A stretch of 63,974 nucleotides of DNA, counting the filler, from Acidimicrobiia bacterium (GTDB lineage: Bacteria > Actinomycetota > Acidimicrobiia > Spongiisociales > SHLN01): assembly GCA_041619515.1 (NCBI GenBank). It is 6 parts of 6 records of this genome, joined end to end, with 100 filler letters (N's around TTAATTAATTAA, not from the genome) between each part and the next. Parts side by side here need not be neighbours in the genome. Positions count along the whole stretch, not along the records: positions 1 to 12,530 come from JBFKDW010000083.1; 5 more parts are not named here. One strand, 5' to 3'. Both the position numbers and the translations under genes were made by a program. Below are positions 1 to 9,734 of the stretch, in pieces. The first letter of the stretch is position 1. The number at the start of each line of letters is the position of its first letter. A model generated the notes under the pieces. The model saw nothing but the letters and a program-made list of their open reading frames with translations, had not been told where the DNA came from and did not search any database.

Positions 1-52
1 CCGGACGCTTTGGGGGGCCATAGAATGTGCAGCACCAAACGAGGGGAAGCCT

Positions 53-298
53 GTGAAGAGAGTTTTCAAGATCGCCCTGCTGGCCGGCGTCGTTGCCGCC
101 GTCGTCAAGCTGGTCTCCACCAAGAAGGCCGAGTGGGAAGGACTCACCGAGTCCGACGTGCGGGCCAAGATCGACAGCCGGCTGCCGGAGAAGGTTCCAC
201 CAAACACCCGGGCCGCCCTGGCCGACAAGGTCGTCGACAAGATGCGCCAGCGCGGGGCCCTGACGGACGAGTCGGCGACCGCCGCACCGTCCGACTGA
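53..298 (+). CDS. Small hypothetical protein with N-terminal membrane anchor
   Basis: GTG start after a GAGGGG RBS; hydrophobic N-terminus (KIALLAGVVAAVVKLV) followed by a charged helical domain; C/G-ending codons. Confidence 0.75.
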   Translation: MKRVFKIALLAGVVAAVVKLVSTKKAEWEGLTESDVRAKIDSRLPEKVPPNTRAALADKVVDKMRQRGALTDESATAAPSD

Positions 299-350
299 GG
301 ACTTCCCGCGTCGGAATCCCTCCGGGCTTGCCGACCGGCCGGCTGCTCGT

Positions 351-929
351 TCAGGAACTCTTCTGGGCCTCTGCCCGCGCCCGCTTGCGGTAGGCGGCGA
401 CGTTCTCGCGGGTGGCGCAGGTGGTGGAACAGTGGCGCCGGGATTTGTTCTTCGAGGTGTCGACGAACACGTCGACACAGTCATGTGACGAGCACGAGCC
501 GAAGCGGTCGAGCCCAACGTCGCACAGCACCACGCTGAGGCCCATCGCCGTTGCCGCCGCCAGCCACTCGGCGGTGCCGCCCGAGCGCGGCTCGAAATGC
601 ATGTGGGGTTCCGCCGAGTGCACGCTGATGCGAGGGACCGCCTTGGCCCCGGCCAGGATCTTGTTGAGCAAGGCGGCCGCCTCGCGTTCGTCCTGGGCAG
701 AGAACACCTCGCGCAGCTGCTCCCGCAGGCGGCGAACCGCTTTCAGGTCTTGGTCGGTCGGGGTTCCTGGATGCCAGTCCTCACGATGCCAGTCCTGCTC
801 GTAGCCGGCCAGGAAGGCATTCAGCTCGTCGACGGTGGTCAGATGGTCGGTCTGCGCCACGATTTCATTGGTGTTCACCAGGTCGACCGCCATCCTGACG
901 GCTAGATCATCGTAAGTGGAGAAATTCAC
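351..929 (-). CDS. CGNR zinc finger / ABATE domain putative transcription regulator
   Basis: N-terminal 'AVDLVNT'; C-terminal C-x4-C...FVDTSKNKSRRHCSTTCATRENVAAYRKR zinc finger. Confidence 0.9.
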   Translation of the reverse strand: MNFSTYDDLAVRMAVDLVNTNEIVAQTDHLTTVDELNAFLAGYEQDWHREDWHPGTPTDQDLKAVRRLREQLREVFSAQDEREAAALLNKILAGAKAVPRISVHSAEPHMHFEPRSGGTAEWLAAATAMGLSVVLCDVGLDRFGSCSSHDCVDVFVDTSKNKSRRHCSTTCATRENVAAYRKRARAEAQKSS

Positions 930-958
930 TTGACCTATTACCTCGGCTGTTGTATGGT
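930..958 (+). promoter_or_regulatory. Putative housekeeping-sigma promoter for the 1002/1268 genes
   Basis: TTGACC-N17-TATGGT in an AT-rich divergent intergenic region. Confidence 0.55.
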
Positions 959-1001
959 GTAACTATCAAACACATCATAGACCATTACAGAGAGGATAGC
1001 A

Positions 1002-1271
1002 ATGGTCAACATCCTGGAAATCCACAGCGCTCTCACCAACGGCCGGCACAGCCCCACCCGCCCTGCCGGCCGGCGAGCAGAGCGGCCGTCTCACCTGCGG
1101 CCGCCCGTCCGGCCCCTCGACGAGGTGCTGCGCGACCTGGCGCAGACCCGCCGGCACTACGAGAACCTCCGGATCGGCGACGGCCCCCTGGCCGAGCGGG
1201 CGCACCTGGTCTCCGCGCTCCACGCCCTCCGGGCCGAGGCCTCCCTCGCCCGCATTGCGAGGAGGTCATGA
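1002..1271 (+). CDS. Small hypothetical protein
   Basis: AGAGGA RBS before ATG; stop overlaps the next start (ATGA). Confidence 0.6.
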   Translation: MVNILEIHSALTNGRHSPTRPAGRRAERPSHLRPPVRPLDEVLRDLAQTRRHYENLRIGDGPLAERAHLVSALHALRAEASLARIARRS

Positions 1272-1495
1272 TGCACCACCCGATCACCGCTCAGCTTCTC
1301 ACCGAGATCGTCATGAACGAGCGCAGGCGAGAGGCCGATCAGCAGCGACTGGCCAACCGGGGACGGGCCCGCCACCGGGGTATGGACCACGCCTCCCCAG
1401 CCCGCCGGCTCGGCCGCGGGCCCCGCGACACCCGTCCCCGCGGCCGGGTGCGGCGGCGGCGAGCAGACCGGCGGGCGGACGGTCGCCGCCCGTAG
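1268..1495 (+). CDS. Small Arg-rich hypothetical protein (MMHHPITAQLLTEIVMNERRREADQQRLA...)
   Basis: GGAGG immediately upstream; ATGA translational coupling with the previous gene. Confidence 0.55.
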   Translation: MMHHPITAQLLTEIVMNERRREADQQRLANRGRARHRGMDHASPARRLGRGPRDTRPRGRVRRRRADRRADGRRP

Positions 1496-1498
1496 GCG

Positions 1499-2002
1499 TC
1501 ACAGGCGTGAGAACGTCACCAGCGGAACGTAGAACCATGCCCACAGTGCCAGAGCCGCTATCGCCGAGACCGTGAGGGCGGCCAGCACCGAGCCCGCCAC
1601 CACGATCGCGACCAGATACACGGCGGCGGTCAATGCGGCGGTGAATGTGATGGTCCCGGCGATCGTCATCCGCACGGCGTAGGCGAGGTGTCGCTCCGAG
1701 TGGCGCCGCACTCCCGACACGGGTGCGCGCACCCGTTGGTGGGCACTGGGCGCAATCAGCAGGATCGAGGAAACCGCCGAACCGAGAAAGGCCGCCATGA
1801 AGAGGTACTTCTCTCCGGTGGCGAGCTCGGCAAAGGGCGCTTGGAACGGGAGCGTCAGGAGGAACGCAAACAGCACCTGCACGCCCGGCAGGGTGGTGCG
1901 CAGGCCCTCCAGCACCGCTCTGAACTCGTCGTCCACGCGTTCGGTGTCCTCAGACCCCGGGTGGGTGTCGGGCCGCTCGTCGAGAATCTGGTTGTCGCTC
2001 AT
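1499..2002 (-). CDS. DUF6328 family membrane protein
   Basis: Motif LEGLRTTLPGVQVLFAFLLTLPFQ..F and 4 TM segments; start placed at the ATG 9 nt after a SigB-type promoter. Confidence 0.85.
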   Translation of the reverse strand: MSDNQILDERPDTHPGSEDTERVDDEFRAVLEGLRTTLPGVQVLFAFLLTLPFQAPFAELATGEKYLFMAAFLGSAVSSILLIAPSAHQRVRAPVSGVRRHSERHLAYAVRMTIAGTITFTAALTAAVYLVAIVVAGSVLAALTVSAIAALALWAWFYVPLVTFSRL

Positions 2003-2011
2003 CAGCTCGAG

Positions 2012-2037
2012 ATACCCACATCTGCCGGCAGCCAACC
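2012..2037 (-). promoter_or_regulatory. SigB/SigF-type promoter (GGTT-N16-GGGTAT) for the DUF6328 gene
   Basis: Minus strand reads GGTT-ggctgccggcagatgt-GGGTAT, 9 nt before the ATG. Confidence 0.6.
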
Positions 2038-2055
2038 CCGGGGCGGGCCCGGAGG

Positions 2056-2081
2056 GTTTGGCTCAACGGCCCGGCGGGTAA
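2056..2081 (+). promoter_or_regulatory. SigB/SigF-type promoter (GTTT-N16-GGGTAA) for the AI-2E gene
   Basis: GTTT-ggctcaacggcccggc-GGGTAA, 9 nt before GTG 2091. Confidence 0.65.
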
Positions 2082-2090
2082 CGGCCCGGT

Positions 2091-3254
2091 GTGAGCAACG
2101 AACGCCAGCCTGAAACCATTCGCGAGGGCACGCCGCCCCGCCTCCACGTCCTGGATGCCATCCGGGACGGCCAGGTGCCCTCGTGGCTTCGCACCGCAGC
2201 AGCCGTCGGGTGGCGGCTGCTGGTTGTGTGCGCCGTCGTGTTCGTGGCCGCCGCCGTGGTCAGCCGCTTCCAGGTCATCGTGGTCCCGCTCATCGTCGCC
2301 CTGCTCATCGCCGCCTTCCTCGCCCCGCCGGTGCGCTGGATGGAGCGGCGCGGTGTCCATTCGCTGGTGGCCACCTGGATCGTGATCCTGGCCGGCGCAG
2401 CCCTGGTTGCAGGACTCGGCTGGCTGATCGTTCCCCGCCTGGCGGCCGGATTCAATGACTTCGGCACGGCCCTCACCGAGGCGTACCAGGACTCCAGGGC
2501 CTGGCTCATCGAAGGACCGCTCGCTCTCGACCCCGCAGATGTGCAAGACACCGAGGACCGCATCGCCCACCGGTTCCGGCAGTTGGCGGAAACCGGCTTG
2601 ACGACCAGGGCAACCCTCATCGTCGAAGTGATCACCGCCATCTTTCTCACCCTCGTCATCACCTTCTTCTACGTCAAGGACGGCCCGGCATTTCGCGACA
2701 AGATCCTCGGCCTCGTTCCGGAAGAGGACCGCAGGCGCGCCCGGGCGGCCTTGCACGAAGGCTGGTGGGTGACCCAGCGATACCTGCTCGCAGTGGTAGT
2801 CGTCGGGGCCGTCGATGCGGTGATCATCGGGGCCGGCCTCGCCGTCATCGGCGTGCCCCACGTCCTCTCGCTGATGGCGCTGACCTTCCTTGCCGCCTTC
2901 TTTCCACTGGTCGGCGCGATCTTCGCCGGCGGTGTGGCAGCCATGCTCGCCCTCGGAGCGGGCGGTGTGTCCGACGCCTTGCTCGTGATCGGATTGACGG
3001 TCATCGTCCAGCAGGTGGACGGAGACGTCGTGGCGCCGCTGGTCTACTCCCGGGCGGTCGATCTCCATCCCCTCGCCGTCCTCCTGGCGCTGACCGCCGG
3101 GGCTGTGATCGGCGGCATCATCGGAGCCTTCCTCGCCGTCCCGGCTCTGGCGGTCACTCTGGCAGTGGCGCGCACATGGAGGGCACCGGCCGGCGAGCTG
3201 GACCAGCCTGCGTCGGTGCGTGCGGCCGAGCCATCCGCAGCAGCCGCCGGCTGA
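2091..3254 (+). CDS. AI-2E family transporter
   Basis: Multi-TM protein with FFYVKDG, FFPLVGA and QQVDG..V.P....AVDLHPLAVLLAL motifs. Confidence 0.9.
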   Translation: MSNERQPETIREGTPPRLHVLDAIRDGQVPSWLRTAAAVGWRLLVVCAVVFVAAAVVSRFQVIVVPLIVALLIAAFLAPPVRWMERRGVHSLVATWIVILAGAALVAGLGWLIVPRLAAGFNDFGTALTEAYQDSRAWLIEGPLALDPADVQDTEDRIAHRFRQLAETGLTTRATLIVEVITAIFLTLVITFFYVKDGPAFRDKILGLVPEEDRRRARAALHEGWWVTQRYLLAVVVVGAVDAVIIGAGLAVIGVPHVLSLMALTFLAAFFPLVGAIFAGGVAAMLALGAGGVSDALLVIGLTVIVQQVDGDVVAPLVYSRAVDLHPLAVLLALTAGAVIGGIIGAFLAVPALAVTLAVARTWRAPAGELDQPASVRAAEPSAAAAG

Positions 3255-3295
3255 CGCCTGCCCCTGAGGTCCCGGCGGTCTCCGAAGCGAGAAAT

Positions 3296-3321
3296 GTTTA
3301 GCCGGCGTTGCCGGCGGGTAT
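3296..3321 (+). promoter_or_regulatory. SigB/SigF-type promoter (GTTT-N16-GGGTAT) heading the stress operon
   Basis: GTTT-agccggcgttgccggc-GGGTAT upstream of the GGGAGG RBS of 3354. Confidence 0.7.
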
Positions 3322-3353
3322 CCCAGGAGCAAGCTATTCGAGGGGAGGACAAC

Positions 3354-3956
3354 ATGACCCAGACGCAAGTCACCGAGACCGAGGTGCGTGGCGCCGAAGT
3401 CGACATGACCACGATCAAGGACCGCTTCGGCGGCGGCGATGTCATCGCCGCTCTCGTCGGGATGTTCGTCGGGCTGGGCGTGCTCGTATTTCTAGGAGCA
3501 TTGCTCGCAGCCGGCGGCGCGTCCATCGACTACCAGCTCAACGCCATCGACATCGACGGCAACCTGCAGGAGATCGAAGTGGTCGGCGCCATCGTGGCCA
3601 TCGCAGTCGTATTCGCGTCGTTCCTGGCCGGGGGCTATGCCGCCGGAAGAACGGCACGGTACGAAGGCGGAGTCAACGGCCTGAGCGCGTCCCTGCTGTT
3701 CGTGCTGCTCGTCGCCGCCTTCGGGGCGCTCGGCACGTGGGTGGGAGTTGAGTACAACGCTTTCGGCGCAGCCGACCTGCCGAACTGGTTCGCCCAGTTC
3801 GACGCTCAGGACGTCACGCTCAAAGCCGTCGCAGCCGCAGCTGCCGCAATCGTGGCCAGCCTGCTCGGCGGATACATCGGTGGAGTGCTCGGAGAGCAGT
3901 ACCACCGCGACGCCGACGCCACGCTCGTGCAAGAGACCGTCGACCAAGTCGCCTAG
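3354..3956 (+). CDS. 4-TM membrane protein (YrzE/TIGR04086-like)
   Basis: GGAGG RBS; RFGG, GGYAAGRTARYEG and GGYIGGVLGEQYHR motifs typical of stress-cluster membrane proteins. Confidence 0.75.
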   Translation: MTQTQVTETEVRGAEVDMTTIKDRFGGGDVIAALVGMFVGLGVLVFLGALLAAGGASIDYQLNAIDIDGNLQEIEVVGAIVAIAVVFASFLAGGYAAGRTARYEGGVNGLSASLLFVLLVAAFGALGTWVGVEYNAFGAADLPNWFAQFDAQDVTLKAVAAAAAAIVASLLGGYIGGVLGEQYHRDADATLVQETVDQVA

Positions 3957-3982
3957 CCGACAAACCCACGAAAGGAGGAGCC

Positions 3983-4042
3983 ATGTATATCGGAGTCGGA
4001 ACCCTGATCCTGATCATCCTCATCCTGATGTTGATCTTCTAA
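3983..4042 (+). CDS. 19-aa hydrophobic microprotein MYIGVGTLILIILILMLIF (below the ORF-track cutoff)
   Basis: Strong AAAGGAGGAG RBS just upstream of ATG; a single TM helix; sits inside the operon. Confidence 0.75.
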   Translation: MYIGVGTLILIILILMLIF

Positions 4043-4076
4043 CAAGCCACCACTCAGCACAACGAAAGGACCAACT

Positions 4077-4430
4077 ATGACAAGAACCACATTGAGCGCT
4101 TCGTCCCTCATCGGCAACGACGTTCGCAACGGGGTCGGCGACGATCTCGGTGATGTCAAAGACATCATGATCGACGTCGAAACCGGCACCATCGCATACG
4201 CCGTGCTCGACATGGGGGGCTTCCTCGGCATCGGAAACAAGCTGTTCGCGGTGCCGTGGCGGGCGCTGTCGCTCGACACCGACTCGCACGAGTTCGTGCT
4301 CGACGTCGACAAGGAGACGCTCGACAACGCTCCCGGCTTCGACAAGGACAACTGGCCGGACTTCTCCGACCGGGTGTGGGGCACCACCGTGTATGCGCAC
4401 TATCGGCTCCGTCCTCACTGGGAGAACTGA
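4077..4430 (+). CDS. PRC-barrel domain protein
   Basis: LSASSLIG..V....GDDLGDVKDIMID..TG.IAYAVL..GGFLGIGNKLFAVPW..L; NAPGFDKDNWPD. Confidence 0.92.
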   Translation: MTRTTLSASSLIGNDVRNGVGDDLGDVKDIMIDVETGTIAYAVLDMGGFLGIGNKLFAVPWRALSLDTDSHEFVLDVDKETLDNAPGFDKDNWPDFSDRVWGTTVYAHYRLRPHWEN

Positions 4431-4501
4431 GCCGCACGCGTCACGACGAGAGAGCAATCGCCCCGGGAATCGCCGGGGCCGACACGGAAGGAACAACGAA
4501 G

Positions 4502-4702
4502 ATGGAATGGCATGAGAAGCTTCAGAACGAAGGCACGTGGCAGAACCTCAAAGGCAAGCTGCGTGAAGAATGGGCCGAGCTCACCGACGATGAGCTCGAA
4601 GAGGCCCGCGCCAACTGGGACCAGTTCGTCGGCACGGTCAAGGAGAAGACCGGGGCCGCCGCTGAAACCGTCGAAACCAAGGTGAAAGCCCTGGTCTCCT
4701 AG
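4502..4702 (+). CDS. CsbD/YjbJ family general stress protein
   Basis: EGTWQNLKGKLREEWAELTDDEL....WDQFVG.VKEKTG; GAAGGA RBS. Confidence 0.88.
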   Translation: MEWHEKLQNEGTWQNLKGKLREEWAELTDDELEEARANWDQFVGTVKEKTGAAAETVETKVKALVS

Positions 4703-4724
4703 CCGGCCACATTCGGCAACTCAC

Positions 4725-4754
4725 GAGGGCCCGCAGCCACGGCTGCGGGCCCTC
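4725..4754. terminator. Bidirectional GC-rich hairpin between convergent genes
   Basis: GAGGGCCCGCAGCC-AC-GGCTGCGGGCCCTC, a perfect 14-bp inverted repeat. Confidence 0.75.
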
Positions 4755-4792
4755 CGGCGTCTACGCCCACATCGTCGGTTGCTCGAGCGCCT

Positions 4793-5137
4793 CTAGAAGA
4801 AGTTCAGCTCTTTCCCGGCTTTGGCGTAGAGGGCAAGACGGTGCTCCATCATGTCGCCGGCGAAGTACGTGTGGAACGCGAAGCCTTCACAGGTCAGCAT
4901 CGCCTTGTCGCACAGGACGATGAACTCGTCGTTGTCGACGATCTCGAAGATGGTTTCCATCTCACCACGCACGACCATCATCCCGTCGTTGACGTGCATG
5001 AGGATGAGCGGCTCGGTCACCTTGTTCTCGGCAACCAGCTTCTCGAAGAACATGCGGAAATCCGCCAGGTTCTCGAGTGCCTTGGCCTCCCGACCGGGAA
5101 GTGCCTTGACCCACTTGAACACAAGTGCATAGTCCAC
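4793..5137 (-). CDS. Hypothetical protein (114 aa)
   Basis: GAGGAG RBS, normal codon usage, globular composition (PGREAKALE motif). Confidence 0.75.
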   Translation of the reverse strand: MDYALVFKWVKALPGREAKALENLADFRMFFEKLVAENKVTEPLILMHVNDGMMVVRGEMETIFEIVDNDEFIVLCDKAMLTCEGFAFHTYFAGDMMEHRLALYAKAGKELNFF

Positions 5138-5288
5138 AGCAATCTCCTCTCGCTAGGGACGGTCTCCCCAACCTTCAATTGTGCCCGGGGTCAAAAAGGG
5201 TGCCTAGGGCTGGAATGCCCGAATCGCCTCCTCCGAAACCCATCTGCGGCCCCGTCGCAGCGCTCCGCAGCCCGCTCGCCGGGTGGTG

Positions 5289-5310
5289 TGTCACACCCGG
5301 TTGGTACGTT
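5289..5310 (+). promoter_or_regulatory. RecA-NDp/PafBC-like DNA-damage promoter (TGTCAC-N10-TACGTT), leaderless
   Basis: TGTC motif with the N10 spacing to TAnnnT; ATG 6 nt downstream. Confidence 0.55.
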
Positions 5311-5316
5311 GCGGGT

Positions 5317-6540
5317 ATGAAGTCTGGGATTGGCAAAATGCCTGAAATGAGGCGGGTCGTGGGTGATCGGCGCGATGCGCAGCGGGTGGTGGAGGCGCAT
5401 GCGGCGTTGGGTGCGGCGCTGGTGGGGGTGTTGGATCTGGTTGCCGAGTTGGATGCCGATGAGGCGTACCTGGCCAACGCGGCGACCGACATGGTCTCGT
5501 GGTTGACGTTCGACCTGGGAGTTGCCCCCGGCACCGCTCGGCGGTGGATGCGGGTGGGTCGCCGGTTGCCTGAGTTCCCGTTGCTGCGGGAGGCGCTGGC
5601 GGCGGGGGTGGTGTCCTTTGACGAGGTGGCGGTGCTGGTGCGGTTCGCGACCCCGGAGACCGAAGCCGCCTTGTTGGAGTTGACCCGCCAGGTTCCACAG
5701 GCCGAGTTGGCGGCCGCCATCAAGGAGCACCTGGAGATGTCGGCACCGGAAGAGCAGCCGGCTGAGTTGGTGGCTGATCGGCCGGCCGCGGAGCTGCGGA
5801 TGTGGTGGGAGGAGAATGACCTGCAGGTGCGGGGTCGCATCCGGGGTGTCGACGGGCTGCTGGTGGAGACCGCTCTGCTGCGGTACGGGGCCAAGGCGCC
5901 CGTGGATCCCACCACCGGGCTCTTTCGTGACCCCGACGTACGCCAGGGTGAAGCCTTGGTTCAGCTCGCTTCCGAAGCCACCCGCTCCGACGGCGACCCC
6001 GACCGGGCCACCGTGGTCGTCCACGTGACGGCCGATGAGCTGAGGGACCCCGACTGCGCCATCCGTATCGGAGGCAAGACGATGCAGCGGGACGAGTGGC
6101 TGCGGCTCACCTGTGACGGGCGTATCCAACCAGCCATCGACGACCCCACTGGATTCACTATCGGAGTGGGACGCACCACCCGCCGGATCCCACCCTGGCT
6201 GTCACGGCTGGTGACCGGTCGCGACCGGGGATGCCGCTTCCCCGGATGTGGGCGCACCCGCTGGACCCATGCCCATCACATCATCCACTGGGCCAACGAT
6301 GGTCCCACCAACCTCGACAACCTCCTCACCCTCTGCGGATTCCACCACCGGCTCATCCACTCCGAGGGCTGGACCATCACCGGCCACCCCAGCGGAGACC
6401 TGGTCTTCCGAAACCAGTGGGGCAGCATCCACCAACCCGCCCGCCCCCGCTTCCACCCCGGCCATATCCAACACCTGCTCAACAACATCGAGAACTACCG
6501 GCAACGCCGACACCTCGCTCTCGCCAACGCTCCACCCTGA
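5317..6540 (+). CDS. DUF222 (13E12 repeat family) HNH endonuclease
   Basis: RDRGCRFPGC...HAHHIIHWANDGPTNLDNLLTLCGFHHRLIH HNH motif; RLTCDG and GRTTR.IP motifs. Confidence 0.92.
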   Translation: MKSGIGKMPEMRRVVGDRRDAQRVVEAHAALGAALVGVLDLVAELDADEAYLANAATDMVSWLTFDLGVAPGTARRWMRVGRRLPEFPLLREALAAGVVSFDEVAVLVRFATPETEAALLELTRQVPQAELAAAIKEHLEMSAPEEQPAELVADRPAAELRMWWEENDLQVRGRIRGVDGLLVETALLRYGAKAPVDPTTGLFRDPDVRQGEALVQLASEATRSDGDPDRATVVVHVTADELRDPDCAIRIGGKTMQRDEWLRLTCDGRIQPAIDDPTGFTIGVGRTTRRIPPWLSRLVTGRDRGCRFPGCGRTRWTHAHHIIHWANDGPTNLDNLLTLCGFHHRLIHSEGWTITGHPSGDLVFRNQWGSIHQPARPRFHPGHIQHLLNNIENYRQRRHLALANAPP

Positions 6541-6556
6541 CGAGTTGTCGTTCGGA

Positions 6557-7566
<1,010 letters not shown>

Positions 7567-7570
<4 letters not shown>

Positions 7571-8787
7571 ACCGGCGCCTCTTCCGGCAGGTAATAGCTG
7601 TGGAGTGCCCGCACTGCCTCTTCGCCACGGTCGGCGTCGATGACGCACGAGATACGGACTGCCGAGGTGGAAATCATCGAGATGTTGATGCCGTGATCTG
7701 CCAGCACCCTGAACATGTCGGCGGCAACGCCCGGATGGTTCCGCATGCCGGCGCCGACCAGCGAAACCTTGGCGATGGCGGGGTCGACGTCCACCCCCTC
7801 GGCACCCAGCTCGGGAACCACCCGCTCGGCGGCCGCCCGGGCCCTGTCGAGCTGTTCTTGGCGCACAGTGAAGCTGATGTCGGTGATGCCGGCGTTCGAC
7901 ACGTTCTGGACGATCATGTCGACGTCGATGTTGTCGCCGGCGAGGGCCCCGAACAGCTTGGCGGCGATGCCGGGCTGGTCGGGAACGCCATGCACGGTCA
8001 CCTTCGCTTCGGTGTCATCGTGGGCGACACCGGTGATGACCGTCTGCTCCATGACTTCCTCCTTGATCCACGTGCCGGGCTCATCGTGGAACGATGAACG
8101 GACATGCACGGGGATGCTGAACCGGCGGGCAAACTCTACCGATCGAGCCATCAAAACCCCGGCCCCCGCCCCGGCCAGTTCCAGCATGTCCTCATACGAC
8201 ACTTCGTCCAGCTTGCGAGCAGACTCCACCAGGCGCGGGTCGGCCGTGAACACCCCGTCGACATCGGTGTAGATCTCACACACGTCCGCCCCCAATGCGG
8301 CCGCCATGGCGACGGCGGTGGCATCGGAGCCACCCCGGCCGAGGGTGGTGACGTCCCGGCTCTCCGGGTCCACCCCCTGGAACCCCGCCACGATGACCAC
8401 CAGCCCGTCGTCGAGGTACTGGCGCACCCGGTCGCCGCGAATAGCGGTGATCTTGGCTCCACCATGGACCGAGTCGGTGAGGATGCCGGCCTGCGAGCCT
8501 GTGAGACTGGCGGCCTCGACTCCGAGATCCCGGATGGCCATCGCCAGCAGCGCCATGGAAATCCGCTCCCCGGCAGTCAGCAGCATGTCCATCTCCCGCC
8601 CCCCCGGCCGGGAGCTGACATGGGTGGCGAGGTCGATGAGGTCGTCGGTGGTCCGGCCCATGGCAGAAACCACCACGACCACGTCGTGGCCTGCTTTGCG
8701 GGTCTCGACCACCCGGCGGGCCACGTTGGCGATCCGCTCGGCGTCACCCACCGACGTGCCGCCGTACTTCTGGACCGTGAGGGACAT
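7567..8787 (-). CDS. ask: Aspartate kinase
   Basis: [37 protein letters not shown] and two ACT domains; TATACT-N7-ATG leaderless start. Confidence 0.97.
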
Positions 8788-8865
8788 GGCGCGGAGTATA
8801 TGAGCGCGCAACCGTTGCGCCGGTCGCAATATCGGAGCAGTCAGCCTCTCTATGATGCAGCCTTC

Positions 8866-9714
8866 ATGACGAGCAAGCGAGAGCGCCAGAGAGTCAACCG
8901 GGCGGCCCGGCGGGAGGCCGAACGCAAGGCAGCCCAACGAGCTGCTCGCATCCGGACTGCCCGCAATATCGCGATCCTGGTGGTCGCGGTGCTGGGGCCG
9001 CTGCTGCTGTTCTCCTTGCTGTCGGGCAACGACTCCGAGCCCGATGCCGCCACCACCACCACCATCGGAGTGACCACCACAACCACCCCGGAACAGGCTC
9101 GCCTCGCCACCAGCTACGAGTTGTTTGCCGGCCAGCCCACCGCATGCGGTGCGGAGACGCCGCCCGCCCCCACCGAGATGAGCTTCGAGGCAGCCGAGGA
9201 CCAGGAGATCCCACCGGATGCCGAGGTCACCGCCGTCCTCACAACGTCGTGCGGCGACATCACCATCGAGCTCGACCGGGCAGCGGCACCCGAGACCGTC
9301 AACAGCTTCGTGTTCCTGGCCCGTGAGGGCTACTTCGACGGCTCCCCGATGCATCGGATTCTGCCGGCCTTCGTCATCCAGGGCGGCGACCCGACGGGCA
9401 CCGGCCTCGGGAGCCCCGGCTACTCACCGGCCGACGAGTTCCCCGAGCCGCTCACCACCTACGACCCCGGCGACGTCGCCATGGCCAACTCCGGTGGCGA
9501 GGCCACCGCCGGCAGCCAGTTCTTCATCGTGCTGGAGGAGAACCAGCTCCACCTGAGCGGCTCCCAGTTCACGACGTTTGGCCGGGTGATGGGAAGCGAA
9601 GACGCCATCGAGGCGATCCGGGCGGTTCCGCTCGGATTCAACGAGTTCGACGCCGACCCCTCCCGACCGCTCGAATCGGTGTACATCGAGTCGGTCACCA
9701 TCGACGTCACCTAG
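8866..9714 (+). CDS. Membrane-anchored cyclophilin-type peptidyl-prolyl isomerase
   Basis: [30 protein letters not shown]; basic N-terminus, TM helix and Thr-rich linker. Confidence 0.93.
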   Translation: MTSKRERQRVNRAARREAERKAAQRAARIRTARNIAILVVAVLGPLLLFSLLSGNDSEPDAATTTTIGVTTTTTPEQARLATSYELFAGQPTACGAETPPAPTEMSFEAAEDQEIPPDAEVTAVLTTSCGDITIELDRAAAPETVNSFVFLAREGYFDGSPMHRILPAFVIQGGDPTGTGLGSPGYSPADEFPEPLTTYDPGDVAMANSGGEATAGSQFFIVLEENQLHLSGSQFTTFGRVMGSEDAIEAIRAVPLGFNEFDADPSRPLESVYIESVTIDVT

Positions 9715-9734
9715 CCGGGCCGGGCCGCGACCTG

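Noticed and set aside
1950..3368. Long alternative-frame ORFs (e.g. 1950-3368 -, 13270-15120 +, 26730-28208 -, 28935-30515 +, 49390-51042 -, 61741-62937 +)
   Set aside because: Shadow ORFs typical of high-GC DNA: they overlap well-supported genes, have skewed Arg/Gly/Pro/His-rich composition and carry no family motifs.
5317..6540. HNH protein as a Cas9/IscB-like RNA-guided nuclease or IS transposase
   Set aside because: No RuvC, PLMP or DDE motifs, and no terminal inverted repeats seen; the motifs match the DUF222/13E12 family.
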